Assembly: GCA_965248355.1 (NCBI GenBank)
Contig: OZ252098.1
Location: forward strand, 5,408,001-5,472,000
DNA length: 64,000 bases
Reading direction: 5' to 3'
DNA from: Candidatus Latescibacterota bacterium
GTDB lineage: Bacteria > Latescibacterota > UBA2968 > UBA8231
The notes under the pieces: model-generated
What the model was told of the DNA's origin: nothing
The model's input: the letters and a program-made list of their open reading frames with translations, nothing else
Databases searched by the model: none
Shown: positions 8,925-19,000 of the stretch, piece after piece
Position numbering within the stretch: the stretch's first letter is position 1
Layout of the letters: each line of letters opens with the position of its first letter
Program-made: the position numbers and the translations under genes

Positions 8925-9678
8925 TCCGGTAGCCGGCGTCGACGTACATCACCTCGCCCGTCATCCCGCGGCTCAGCCGGCTGCACAGGAACAGGGCCGC
9001 GTCCCCGATCTCGTCGACCTCGTTGTTGCGCTTGAGGGCGGCGCGCTCGGCGTGGACCCTGAGCATGGCGTTGAAGTCGCGGATCCCGCGCGCGGCCAGC
9101 GTGCGGATCGGCCCCGCCGAGAGCCCGTTGACGCGGATCTCCTTTTCTCCCAGCTCGCTGGCCAGGTAGCGGATGCCGGACTCCAGGGCGGCCTTGGCCA
9201 CGCCCATGACGTTGTATCTCGGGATGGCGCGCTCGCTGCCCAGGTAGGTGAGGGCGACGACGCCGCAGCCCGGCTTCATGAGCGGCTCGGCGCCGCGCAC
9301 GAGGACGTTGAGCGAGTAGGCGCTCACGCCGAGGGCCAGGTCGTACCCGCTTCGGCTCGTGTCCGCGAAACGGCCGTCCAGGTCTTCGCGGCGGGCGAAG
9401 GCGATGGCGTGGACCAGGCAGTCGAGACCGCCCATCTCCCGGGCGACAACCTCGAAAGCGGAGGCGACCGACTCGTCGTCGGTGACGTCGCACTGGACCA
9501 GCAGGGGCGGCTTCCGCAGCTGGCCGGTGATCCCCTCGATGCTCTCCAGCTCCCGCTCTCCCAAGTATCCCAGGGCCAGCCGGGCCCCCTCGCGGTCGAG
9601 AGAGCGCGCGGTGGCCCAGGCGATGCTCCTGTGGTTGGCGACGCCGGTGACGAAACCGGCGCATTCCTGCATCAGCAT
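8911..9678 (-). CDS. fabI: Enoyl-ACP reductase
   Basis: 'VTGVANHRSIAW', 'LVHAIAFA', 'ALTYLGSERAIPRYNVMGVAKAALES', 'SAGPIRTLAA'; GGGAGG RBS; start overlaps the upstream kinase gene. Confidence 0.95.
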   Translation of the reverse strand: MLMQECAGFVTGVANHRSIAWATARSLDREGARLALGYLGERELESIEGITGQLRKPPLLVQCDVTDDESVASAFEVVAREMGGLDCLVHAIAFARREDLDGRFADTSRSGYDLALGVSAYSLNVLVRGAEPLMKPGCGVVALTYLGSERAIPRYNVMGVAKAALESGIRYLASELGEKEIRVNGLSAGPIRTLAARGIRDFNAMLRVHAERAALKRNNEVDEIGDAALFLCSRLSRGMTGEVMYVDAGYRIMGL

Positions 9679-11567
9679 GCCGTGTCCTCCCTGTTGGGTA
9701 CGGCGGCGGTGGATGGGCTCTCCGTCAACTGCAGGCCGGTGGCGTCGAGCCGGTAGGCGACGACGCCGGAACGGGCATGGGCCCGTTGGTCCCTCAGCTT
9801 CCTCAGACACGCGTGGAGGCGCTTCTCTTCTCCCTCGCGGCACACGAACAGGCCGAAGCCGCCGCCGCCGGCGCCGGTTAGCGTGCCCCCTTCGGTGAAG
9901 TCGGACAAAGGCGGCTCGAAGAGCTGCTGAAGGGCGGGGCTGGTGGCCCGGGGATCGAGGATGCAGCGCAGCTGCCAGTAGCGGCTGGCCAGTCGCCCGA
10001 GGGCGCCGTAGTCGCCGGCCCGCAGGGCCTCGACCATCTCGTCGTGGATCGACAGGGACTCGCGAATGGCGCCGTAGCTCTGCCGCCGGCGGCCCAGGTA
10101 GGCCTCCATGACCACGTTCAGGCCCCGGGTGGCTCCCCTGGCGATGCCGGTGTCGAAGAGCACCACGCGGCGGCGGAACTCCTCGGCGTCGATGTCTATG
10201 TAGGTCAGTTCCGGCGCCGGAAGCCCGTCCGTGGGGGGAGCGTAGAAGTCCTTCACGGCGCTCGGACCTCCCCGGGCGCCGCGCGCGTCCTGCCATCCCG
10301 AGTTCAGGCCGATGGAGTGCTCGAGGAGCACGCTCTGATCGTAGAGTCCGGGATACTCGCCTTCGTCGCCGCCGGCCGGGTGGCCCACGAGACGGTAGAG
10401 CACCTTGAGGATGGCCGCCGCCAGGATGCTGCTGGTGCCCAGGCCGGAGCCCTGCTGCACGGTGCAGGCCGTGGTGATCTCGAGCCCGCCGCCGCCGCGG
10501 AAGGCGGCCAGGTCGCCCACCACGTCGTCGGAGTCCGGACGGACGATCCCGGTGTGCACCAGGCCCTGCTTGACCATGCGCAAGGCCTCGTCGCCGCCGC
10601 GCCGGTAGGCGAAGAACAGGTCGCTCTGGGTCCTGGCGTCGCCCCGCCGGTCGATCTCGAAGTCGGCCTGGAAGTCGGCGGAGCGCGAGCGCAGCACGAG
10701 GCGCGGCTCGGGCAGCGGCCGGGCGCCGACGTACAGGGGCGGAGCGACCTTCCCGGAGTCGCCGGCCTGCAGGACGATGCCGGCGTTCAGGGTCTTGCCT
10801 CCCTGCTCCTTGCTGCGGATGTGGTTGTCGGAGGCGTTGGCGCTCGACAGGCCGAGGCGCAGGGGGGCGCGCACCTCGAACAAGGTCTCGCGGTCTGTGG
10901 CGGCCATCGGCGCGCCGGCCGGGGGAGGGCTCCCGGCCGCCTCTAGGGATTGGTGCATGTCCTCCCTCTGCAACTCGTTCACCCGCGCCTCGTACGCGGC
11001 GGGCAGATCGGCGGCCGCCCTCTTCTCCTTCAGCGCCGTGATCGCTCGACTGTCGATGGCGCACGCGGGCAGCGAGCGCCGCCGCCAGATGCCGCCGTCC
11101 TGCAAGCGCCCGAACAGGGAGGCGAGGATGACGGCCGCCCTCATGCCTCGCAGCCGGCGCTGGGTGCCCTCCAGCTGCCCGAGGTAAGCCGACAGCTGGC
11201 CGACCGTGGCCACGAGCGTCGCGACCCCGTTCTCCGGGACCAGGGAGAGGATGTCCTCGTGGTCGACGTCGATCAGGCTGTCGACGACGGCCACCACGAG
11301 CCCGGGAAGCTCCTTCTCCACCGCCGGACCGAAGAGCTCGGTCCAGGCCTCGGAGGAGAGGGAGCCGCGCAGGATCCCGATCGCTTCCCCCGTCTGCAGG
11401 GAACGGGCAAGTCCGGGCGACAGAACCAGGACCCGCAGCAGGGCGCGGCGCCGGGCCAGTGAGAGACGACCCGCGCGGGCCTGGCGCACGACCTCGTCCA
11501 ACAGAGGCCGCACCTCCTCGAGGGAGGAGGCTTCCGCCAGGCGGGTGGTCGTCTTCTCCACGCTCAC
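9672..11567 (-). CDS. GHMP-family sugar kinase (fucokinase/HddA-like) with an unassigned N-terminal extension
   Basis: 'EVRAPLRLGL', 'QGSGLGTSSILAAA', 'SGWQD', 'GGTLTGAGGGGFG'; GTG start overlaps the upstream stop (GTGA). Confidence 0.85.
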   Translation of the reverse strand: MSVEKTTTRLAEASSLEEVRPLLDEVVRQARAGRLSLARRRALLRVLVLSPGLARSLQTGEAIGILRGSLSSEAWTELFGPAVEKELPGLVVAVVDSLIDVDHEDILSLVPENGVATLVATVGQLSAYLGQLEGTQRRLRGMRAAVILASLFGRLQDGGIWRRRSLPACAIDSRAITALKEKRAAADLPAAYEARVNELQREDMHQSLEAAGSPPPAGAPMAATDRETLFEVRAPLRLGLSSANASDNHIRSKEQGGKTLNAGIVLQAGDSGKVAPPLYVGARPLPEPRLVLRSRSADFQADFEIDRRGDARTQSDLFFAYRRGGDEALRMVKQGLVHTGIVRPDSDDVVGDLAAFRGGGGLEITTACTVQQGSGLGTSSILAAAILKVLYRLVGHPAGGDEGEYPGLYDQSVLLEHSIGLNSGWQDARGARGGPSAVKDFYAPPTDGLPAPELTYIDIDAEEFRRRVVLFDTGIARGATRGLNVVMEAYLGRRRQSYGAIRESLSIHDEMVEALRAGDYGALGRLASRYWQLRCILDPRATSPALQQLFEPPLSDFTEGGTLTGAGGGGFGLFVCREGEEKRLHACLRKLRDQRAHARSGVVAYRLDATGLQLTESPSTAAVPNREDTAC

Positions 11568-13048
11568 TCTCGCGGGGTCTTCCGGCAGCGGGCGGCCAGG
11601 CCGTCCCACACATCCAGGGAGACCCCCGCCTCGACGCGGCCCTCCCCGGAGCCGGGGAGGAACCGGGCGTGGGCCAGACCGGCGGGGCGGGGGTTGAGCT
11701 CGAGCAGCACGGGCCACACCTCGCCGTCGGGAGTCGCGTCGAGAACCAGGTCGACGCCGCTGAGACCGAGGCCGCCCACGATGCCGGCGGCGGTCTCGGC
11801 CAGCCTTCGCGCTCTCTCCAGGTCCGCACTGCGGAAGGCGACGCTCCGGCCGCTGGCGCGCAGGACCAGGGAGGAGGTCACGCTCTGCAGGGGCCGCATG
11901 CGGCCCCCGGGTCCCCGGGCGGCGGGGGTGTCGATGCCGGCGCCCACCAGGGCGTAGCCGGACTCGGCCCGCAGGCCGGAGGCGCCGGCGGCCACGTGCA
12001 GCCGGATGGCCAGACTGTGGCGGCCACCGGTCTCCGGATCGCGCCAGGCGACGCCGTCCCGCCGCTCTTCCAGGCGCGCCGGACCCCACTCCCAGCAGGC
12101 GCTCAGCTGCGCGTCCAGCAGGGCGTCGGCCTCGGGATCGGAGGCCGACAGGAAGCGCACCCCCTGTCCCTCGGTGCCGTCGTTGGGCTTGACCACGATC
12201 TGACCGGTGCGCTGCAGGAAGGCGCGGGCGGCGAGGCGATGGCCCGGCGCCACGAGTACCCCTGCCGGCACCTCGAGCCCGGCGGCCGCCCAGCGCCCCG
12301 AGAGGCCGTGCTTGTCGTCGGCGGTGGCCGAGGGAGGGCCGGGGTTGACCAGGGGGCAGGTCAGGCGGCGCGCCCAGACCAGGTGGCACCGCGTCTGCTG
12401 CGGGCCCAGGGCCAGCAGCTGCGCCGAGTGCAGGTCGGCCGGCTCCGACAGAGTGGTCTCGGAGAACCGGTCGCGCTCGGCATCCAGCCACAGGACGCGC
12501 CGGGCGCGCCCGTTGCACAGCCAGTCCCCGTGCACGCCGAGGACGCGGTAGAAGGGTCCTCCGGCGCGGGCGTCACGGACGCAGGCGTCGGCGGCCAGGG
12601 GGTAGAGCTCGTGGGTGATGAGGGGAGCCGCGGCAAAGATCACGGCGTGGTTCCAGCGTCCGCCCGGAGGCAGCTTCCGCCGGGGCCCGGTCTCGATGCA
12701 GACCTCCGGAGCCATGGGCTCGCTCACGAGGTCGGCGACGGCGAGATCGACGATGCGGCCGGCGTACTCCCCGTTCGGGCCCAGCAGGCCGCGCACGGCG
12801 GCCACCGCCCCCGGGGCCAGGGCCTGGTCCAGGCCCCCCCCGCCGGCGGAGATCCACTCGCTCCAGGCGCGGCGGCACCGGTCGCGGGCCGACGAGTCCG
12901 GCCCTCCCGGGACCGAGGCGCGCTCGGAGATGAGGTACTTCAGCAGGACGCTGGCCTCGCTCGCCGCCAGGGCCGTCCCGCGGCCGATGCCCAGGCCGTC
13001 GCAGGCCCGCGTCCAGGCGACCTCGAGGTGCCGGTCGTCGTCGCTCAC
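11564..13048 (-). CDS. ATP-grasp domain protein (RimK/ligase-like)
   Basis: 'LVNP..SATADDK..AAAGLEVP', 'IVVKPNDGTEGQGV', 'LSGVDLV', 'LLELNPRPAG'; GTGA overlaps at both ends. Confidence 0.8.
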   Translation of the reverse strand: MSDDDRHLEVAWTRACDGLGIGRGTALAASEASVLLKYLISERASVPGGPDSSARDRCRRAWSEWISAGGGGLDQALAPGAVAAVRGLLGPNGEYAGRIVDLAVADLVSEPMAPEVCIETGPRRKLPPGGRWNHAVIFAAAPLITHELYPLAADACVRDARAGGPFYRVLGVHGDWLCNGRARRVLWLDAERDRFSETTLSEPADLHSAQLLALGPQQTRCHLVWARRLTCPLVNPGPPSATADDKHGLSGRWAAAGLEVPAGVLVAPGHRLAARAFLQRTGQIVVKPNDGTEGQGVRFLSASDPEADALLDAQLSACWEWGPARLEERRDGVAWRDPETGGRHSLAIRLHVAAGASGLRAESGYALVGAGIDTPAARGPGGRMRPLQSVTSSLVLRASGRSVAFRSADLERARRLAETAAGIVGGLGLSGVDLVLDATPDGEVWPVLLELNPRPAGLAHARFLPGSGEGRVEAGVSLDVWDGLAARCRKTPRE

Positions 13049-16000
13049 CGATCCCTCTCGAGGGCCCGCAGGTAGTCCTCGCCGGCACGGCTGAGGTCGC
13101 GCAGCACGATGCGGGCGTTCTCCCCCACCCGGTCGCAGTCGAAGGGCCGGCCGCCGGCGTCGCTGGCGGCGCGTTCCCGGGCCTCCTCGCGCAGCGCCAC
13201 CCGGTCCCACAGGCCGACGCCGATGTTCGGCTCGATGAGGACGACGCGCCAGCCCGACAGGGTGCCCGGGAAGCGTCGGTCTCCATGCTGGAGGATGAAC
13301 ACGGGCTCGACTCCGGGCTGGCGGTTCACCTCGACCAGGTCCCCCGGCTCGGCGAACTGCGGCGTCACCAGGAAATCGAGCATCATGTAGCGCGGCGTGC
13401 CGTACGACAGACCGGTCAGGTCGCGGCCGACCGGACGGCCGGTGTCGCGGCGGTAGGCATCGGCGCTGCGCCCCTCGTACGCGCTCAGGGCCTCCATGAC
13501 CCGGCGGGCGGCGGCGGCCAGGCCGTCGAACAGGGCCTGCCGGCACGAGGGCTGCACGATCTCGGGGAGGAACCGCTCCAGGCTGCCGCCGCGGCCGACG
13601 TTGGTGATCAGCTGCTTGCTGTTGAGGGTGATCCAGTGGGACAGGTGCCAGCGCTGCTCGAGGGGCAGGTCGGCGGCCGGATCGTCGGAGGAGACGATCA
13701 CCCGGTGCGATCCGTAGATCGGCGACCGCGGCCGGCGCCGGCGCTCGACGGCGGAGCCCCACTCGACGACCTGGCGCCGCACGAAGGAGTCGATGAAGTC
13801 GTCGGTGGCCCAGGCCTCCGGCGAGGACAGGATCACCTCCTGGATGGCGACGTTGTGGCGCAGGCTGATCTGGTAGATGAAGTCGACGGCGCGCTCGAGC
13901 TCGGTCTCGTCGAGCGAGGTGGAGGCGAGCCGCCGCAGGACGAAGGCCCGGGCGTTGCGCCCCCCGGACTCGGCGGCGTCCTTGATCATCACCAGGCGGT
14001 GGTGCCGGGCGAACTCGCGCAGCCCGGGGTAGTCCGACCCGTCCAGGCCGTTCTCGATCGACTTCCTGGCCGCCCCCTCGGAGGACGCGCGCCGGGTGTC
14101 GGCGGCGAGCCAGTCGATCTCGTGGGGCACGTCGACGCCGGAGGCGGCGACGAAGATGTCGGGGTACTTGGCCTTGTCGTAGGTGGTCCAGGTGTGGAAC
14201 AGGGACTGCACCGAGTAGGGCAGGCCGCAGTCCTCCAGGCGCCCCTCGTGGTAGCGGGGATCGCCGTGGAAGGGATAGACCACGGCGGCCCTCAGGGGGC
14301 GGGTGAAGCGCACGGCCAGACGGACCCCCTTGGGGGTGCACTCGGCGGCGGCCTGGGCGGCAGCCGCGTCGGCGTCGAGGCCGCCATGGCGGACCAGGGC
14401 CGCCGCGTATTCCTCCCGGGAGACGTGGAGGTGGCCGGAGCAGACCTGCACGACGGGCCGGTCTTCCCCCTGGCCCTCCACCAGGTCGACGCCGCGGCTG
14501 ATGATCAGGTTGGCCCCGGGCCGTCCCGCCGCGGTCAGCTCGCGGGACAGGGTCGGACCCTCGACCAGGGCCCGGGAGTAGTGGGTGCGGCCCACGGGCA
14601 GGGCGATCAGGTGGTTGACGCGCCGGTCCGCGTCGATCAGGTCGGGATCGAAGGCGGCGAAGACGGGGGGGATCGGGAAGCCGTCGTTGCGCATGAAGGC
14701 GAGCTCGCGCAACTGTCCGTAGGCCCGCCAGCGGCGCTCCCACTCCGAGACGGCGGTGACGCCGATGGGGTCGACGGCGACCTCGCCTTCGTAGCGGCCG
14801 AGCAGCAGATCCCGATCCTGGAGCGTCCGCCCGGCCAGCTCGGTGTGATGGGTGACCACGTGGCGCAGGTAGCGGCCGAGCCATCCGTGGTGCTCGACGG
14901 CCAGCTCGTACAGGGCGTCGCCCGAGTACCCGGCGAACCCGACCCCCCGGGAGTAGACCCAGGGCCGGTACTCGTGGAAGTGATCGTCGATCGTCTCGGC
15001 GAAGAAGTCGGTCAGGGCGCGCCAGAGGCCCTCGGCGTCGGGCGGGGCCCCCGGCCGGGTGCAGGGCAGGGTCGTCTCCAGGGCCAGGAGGATGTAGAGC
15101 AGCTCGGCCCCGGCCGCCACCTGCCGCAGGCCGTGACCGGCGCCGCCGGCCCCGTCGCGCTCGACCACGGCCTGGGCGAGGCGTCCAAAGTCCCCCACGT
15201 CCTCGTAGCCGCCGGCGATCCGCCGCCAGTCCTCCGGGTCGATCTCGGGGCCGAGGAACAGCTGCGACAGGTGGTCGTGGAAGCGCTGGGCCTCGTCGGC
15301 GTGGTCCTCGTCGTACTGCTCGCTCACGAGGGCCGAGAGGGCGGTGCGGGCGTGGGCGATGAAGGCGCCGAAGGCCGCGTCGGTGACCGCCCCGCCGCCG
15401 TCGCCCAGCGCCTCCAGAGCCGCGGCCCTCGCCTCGGCGAAGGAGGCCGGCCGGCCGTCGACGGACTCGGCGCCGCGATGCCGCTCGTGGAGGGCCCGGG
15501 CGCGGAGGATGCGGGCCCGCAACTGGCTGCGGGCCTCGAGAGCGGCGGCGGGCTGGTCCTCGGCCGCCTTGTTCGAGCTCTCCAGCCCCTTCTCCTCGCG
15601 GAACTCCTCCAGCTCCGGGGGCCGGGCCGGGTGCAGGAGCAGGCTCTCCAGCTCCCGGGACTCCGCGTCTCCGGCTCCAAGGCCAAGGTCCCGGCGCCAG
15701 CCGTCGATCTCTTCCTGGGGGGCTCCGTCGAGTAGGAAGAGGCCGCCCAGGACGAGGAAGTCGGCGAAGGTGGCCCGCTCCAGGGGCAGGCCGCCGGCGA
15801 GTCGGGCCAGGGACCGGGAGACCAGCTCGTCGCGTCGTCGCAGGCGTCCGAAGCGGCGCAGCTTGTCGACCTCGCCCAGTTGCTGCTCCGCCTCCTGACC
15901 GAGGCGCACCTCGGCGAGGATCCGCTCGTACTCGGCGGCGGCGGCCTCGGCGTCGCCGCCGCGCCGGATCTCGGCCAGGCGCCGCGCCCGCCGCCGTTGC

Positions 16001-19000
16001 CGCCGCATGGCCTGGCGCCAGCCTTCGACGGTCCGGCTCCCCAGGCCGATGCCGGCGTAGACCGGCTCCCGGCCGTGGCGCTCCCCGGCGGCGAACCAGA
16101 GCATGACGTCGAGCCGGTTGAGGGCGCGGCGCCGGGCCCCGGAGGCGCCGTCGACGATGACCAGGGCGCTGTCCGGATTCCCCTCCAGCATCAGCCGGCA
16201 GACCGCCGCCGGGTCCTCCAGGAGCCGCAGCAAGCCCCGGTGGGGGATGCCGGTGTCGAGGACGTCGGCGCCCTGCAGGGCCCGTTCGTACGAGCGCTCC
16301 GGACCGAGGACCTGCAGGGCCAGGGCGTGGAGCCGGCCGCAGAGCCGCCGCGACAGGTCGGCCCGGAGGCTGTCGTCAACATCGGCCGCCGTCGCCCAGC
16401 GCTCGAGGTGGGGGCCGTAGGTGGCCAGGCTGGCGTCGATCTCGGCGTTGCTGAACCCGGCCGCGGCCAGCTCCTGGCGGGCCCCCTCGGCGATCGCCTC
16501 CAGGCTCGTGTCGCTGGTATAGCCGAGCAGGTCCTGGGTCGAGAGGCCGGTAGGGGACACGACGCGGATCTCGGCCGGCCGGGGCGGCGCGGGGAACAGC
16601 TCCCGCAGGAGGCCGGGGGTCGCCGGATCGCCGGCATCGAGACCGAGGGCGGCGGCGGCGCGGTCGGCCCGGCCGCGGCCCTCGACCCCGTCGAACCCGT
16701 CCGACAGCAGTCCCGCCAGGGTCTGCCCCTCGGCGTCGAGGGCGTGGAGCAGGTGGTCGGCCGTGCCGCACAGGATCTCGAACTTGCGCATGCCGGCGGC
16801 GAACCGGCCGTCCTGCGTGTCGGGCTTGTACTCCGCGGTGAGCACCACCACCGGGGCGGCGGCGACGCCCTCGTGACGGCGGGCGGCCTCGGCCAGGGCC
16901 CGCCGGGTCAGCCAGACCTTGAAGAAGGGCATGAAGCGGTTCACGTGCTCGGCGCCGGCCACCATCTTGTGCACGCCCCAGCGCGCCACCCGCGCCGTGG
17001 TGGCGCGCTCCGAGTCCCGCAGCTCGGGCTGGCCGAGCCCCTCCAGGACCTCGGCCAGGCGCGTGATCTGGAAGACGGGGACGGGTCCCCGCTCCCCCTC
17101 CCGGACGGCGAACAACCTGCCGAGGCCGGCCACGTCGCCCAGAACTCCGGCGGCCCAGGCCTCCCACTCGAAGCGCGCGGCGAAGTCCTCGCGGCGGCCG
17201 AGGATCCCGACGGCGGCGCGGGCGACCCCGTCGTGGTGCTCGGCCGGCACGCCGAGCTGACGCAGCTTCTCGGCGCGGCCGAGGGTGAGGACGAACTCGA
17301 GGAACAGGCCGTCCTTGGGCACGCAGTAGCCGCCGTAGCCCTCGCCGGCCGGATGGATCACGCGGTCGCCCCGGCGGCTCATCTGGTCGCCCATCTCCTC
17401 GATGTCGCCGTGGCCGCTGGCCGAGACCATGAGGGACAGGGCGTTGGAGAAGGCGAGGTGCGAGGCCATGCTGGCGTTCTCGCCCGTCTTGAGGATCTCG
17501 GGCTCGGTGAGGCTGTCGTAGCTGCGCACCGACTTGTTGATCAGCCCGTAGATCTCTCGTCCGGCCCGCGCCGAGGCGCGGTCGGCGCCGCCGACCCACT
17601 GCGACCAGGTCTCCACCGACTCCCGCTCCCGGTGGCCGAGGTCGACCCGGCTCGGGGTGTACAGCAGGTGATAGCGCTTGTCGCCCCCGGCGGCTCCGTA
17701 GCGGTGGGCCGGATCGAGGCTCAGGTGGGCCAGGCCGTGGCTCAACAGCACCTGCTTGCGGGCCGTGGTCTTCGCCAGCCGCGAGAACCGGCGCAGGTAG
17801 GTGCGCCGGCGGTCGTCGCCATCGGCGCCGCCTTCGCGGGACCACTCGGCCAGCAGCCGGCGCCGGGCCAGGAACCGGGTGAAGCTCTCCAGGTCCTGTC
17901 GGTAGTCCTCGTCCCCTTCCACGACGCGCACCAGGGCGGCCGGCCGCGACAGGGCCGGCTCGGCGGCGCGCAGGGCGGCCACCTCCTCCTCGAGCTGACG
18001 GCCGTTGCGCGCCGCCACCCGGTCCAGGGCCTCGCGGGACAGCTCCTCGTCCCGGGCCTCGCACAGCCGCCCGATTTCGGCGGGATCGGAGACGTCGCCG
18101 GCCTCGCGCTCGCCGCCGCGTTCCTCCGCCAGCTCGAGCAGGGCGCCCAGGACGGCGACCTCCTCCTGCACCGTGCGGTTGCGGCCGACGACGCGCGACA
18201 CGGCCGCGCTCTCGTCGAGATCCTCCTCGGCGGCGGTCTCCTCCACCTCGACCCGGATCCCCAGCTCGCGCACCACCCGCTCCCCGAGGGCGCACAGCCG
18301 CCGGCGGTAGAAGGCCCGTCGTTCGTCGACCTCGGACTCCAGCCCGCGCGCGGCCACCACGTTGTGCAGGGCCATCGACTCCTCGAGCCAGGTGCGGATG
18401 TAGCCGTCGGTCATCCCCGCCGACTGGGTGGTCAGCACGTGCAGCACCGGCAGAGGACGGCGGGGCTCGAGGGCCCCCCGGTGGAGGGACCGGGCGCGGG
18501 CGGTGCCGACCTCGGCCTCGAGATCGACGAGGCTCGACCAGGGCTCCTGCCGGGCGCGGGTCAGGGCATCGGCGAGAGTCGAGCCGGACTCGTCCGACCA
18601 CTCGAGCAACAGGGCGCACAGGGCCTCGAAGGGCTCCTCCTCCTCGCGCTCGATGCGGCCCCGCAGATCGGCGGCGCGCTCCCGGGCGAGGCGCGACACC
18701 AGCCCGGCGGCGCGGGCGATCTCCGCGGACGGGTCGCCCGGCGCGGCGCGGGCCCAGTCGAGGGCGGCGGCCTCGTCCCCGCCCGGGCCGGCCTCCCGGC
18801 ACAGGAGCCAGCGCGCCGCGGCCAGGTACTCGGTGTCGGCCACGTCGCGCAGGTTCGCGGCCCAGTGGTCGGCCATCTCCTCGCGGAAGGACTCCTCCAT
18901 GCCGTCGATGTCGATCACCGTGCGCGTCGACTCGACGCCTTCGTCGTCGACGAGGACCTCCTCCTTTATGAACAGGGGGATGGCCTCGATCCAGTGGTCG

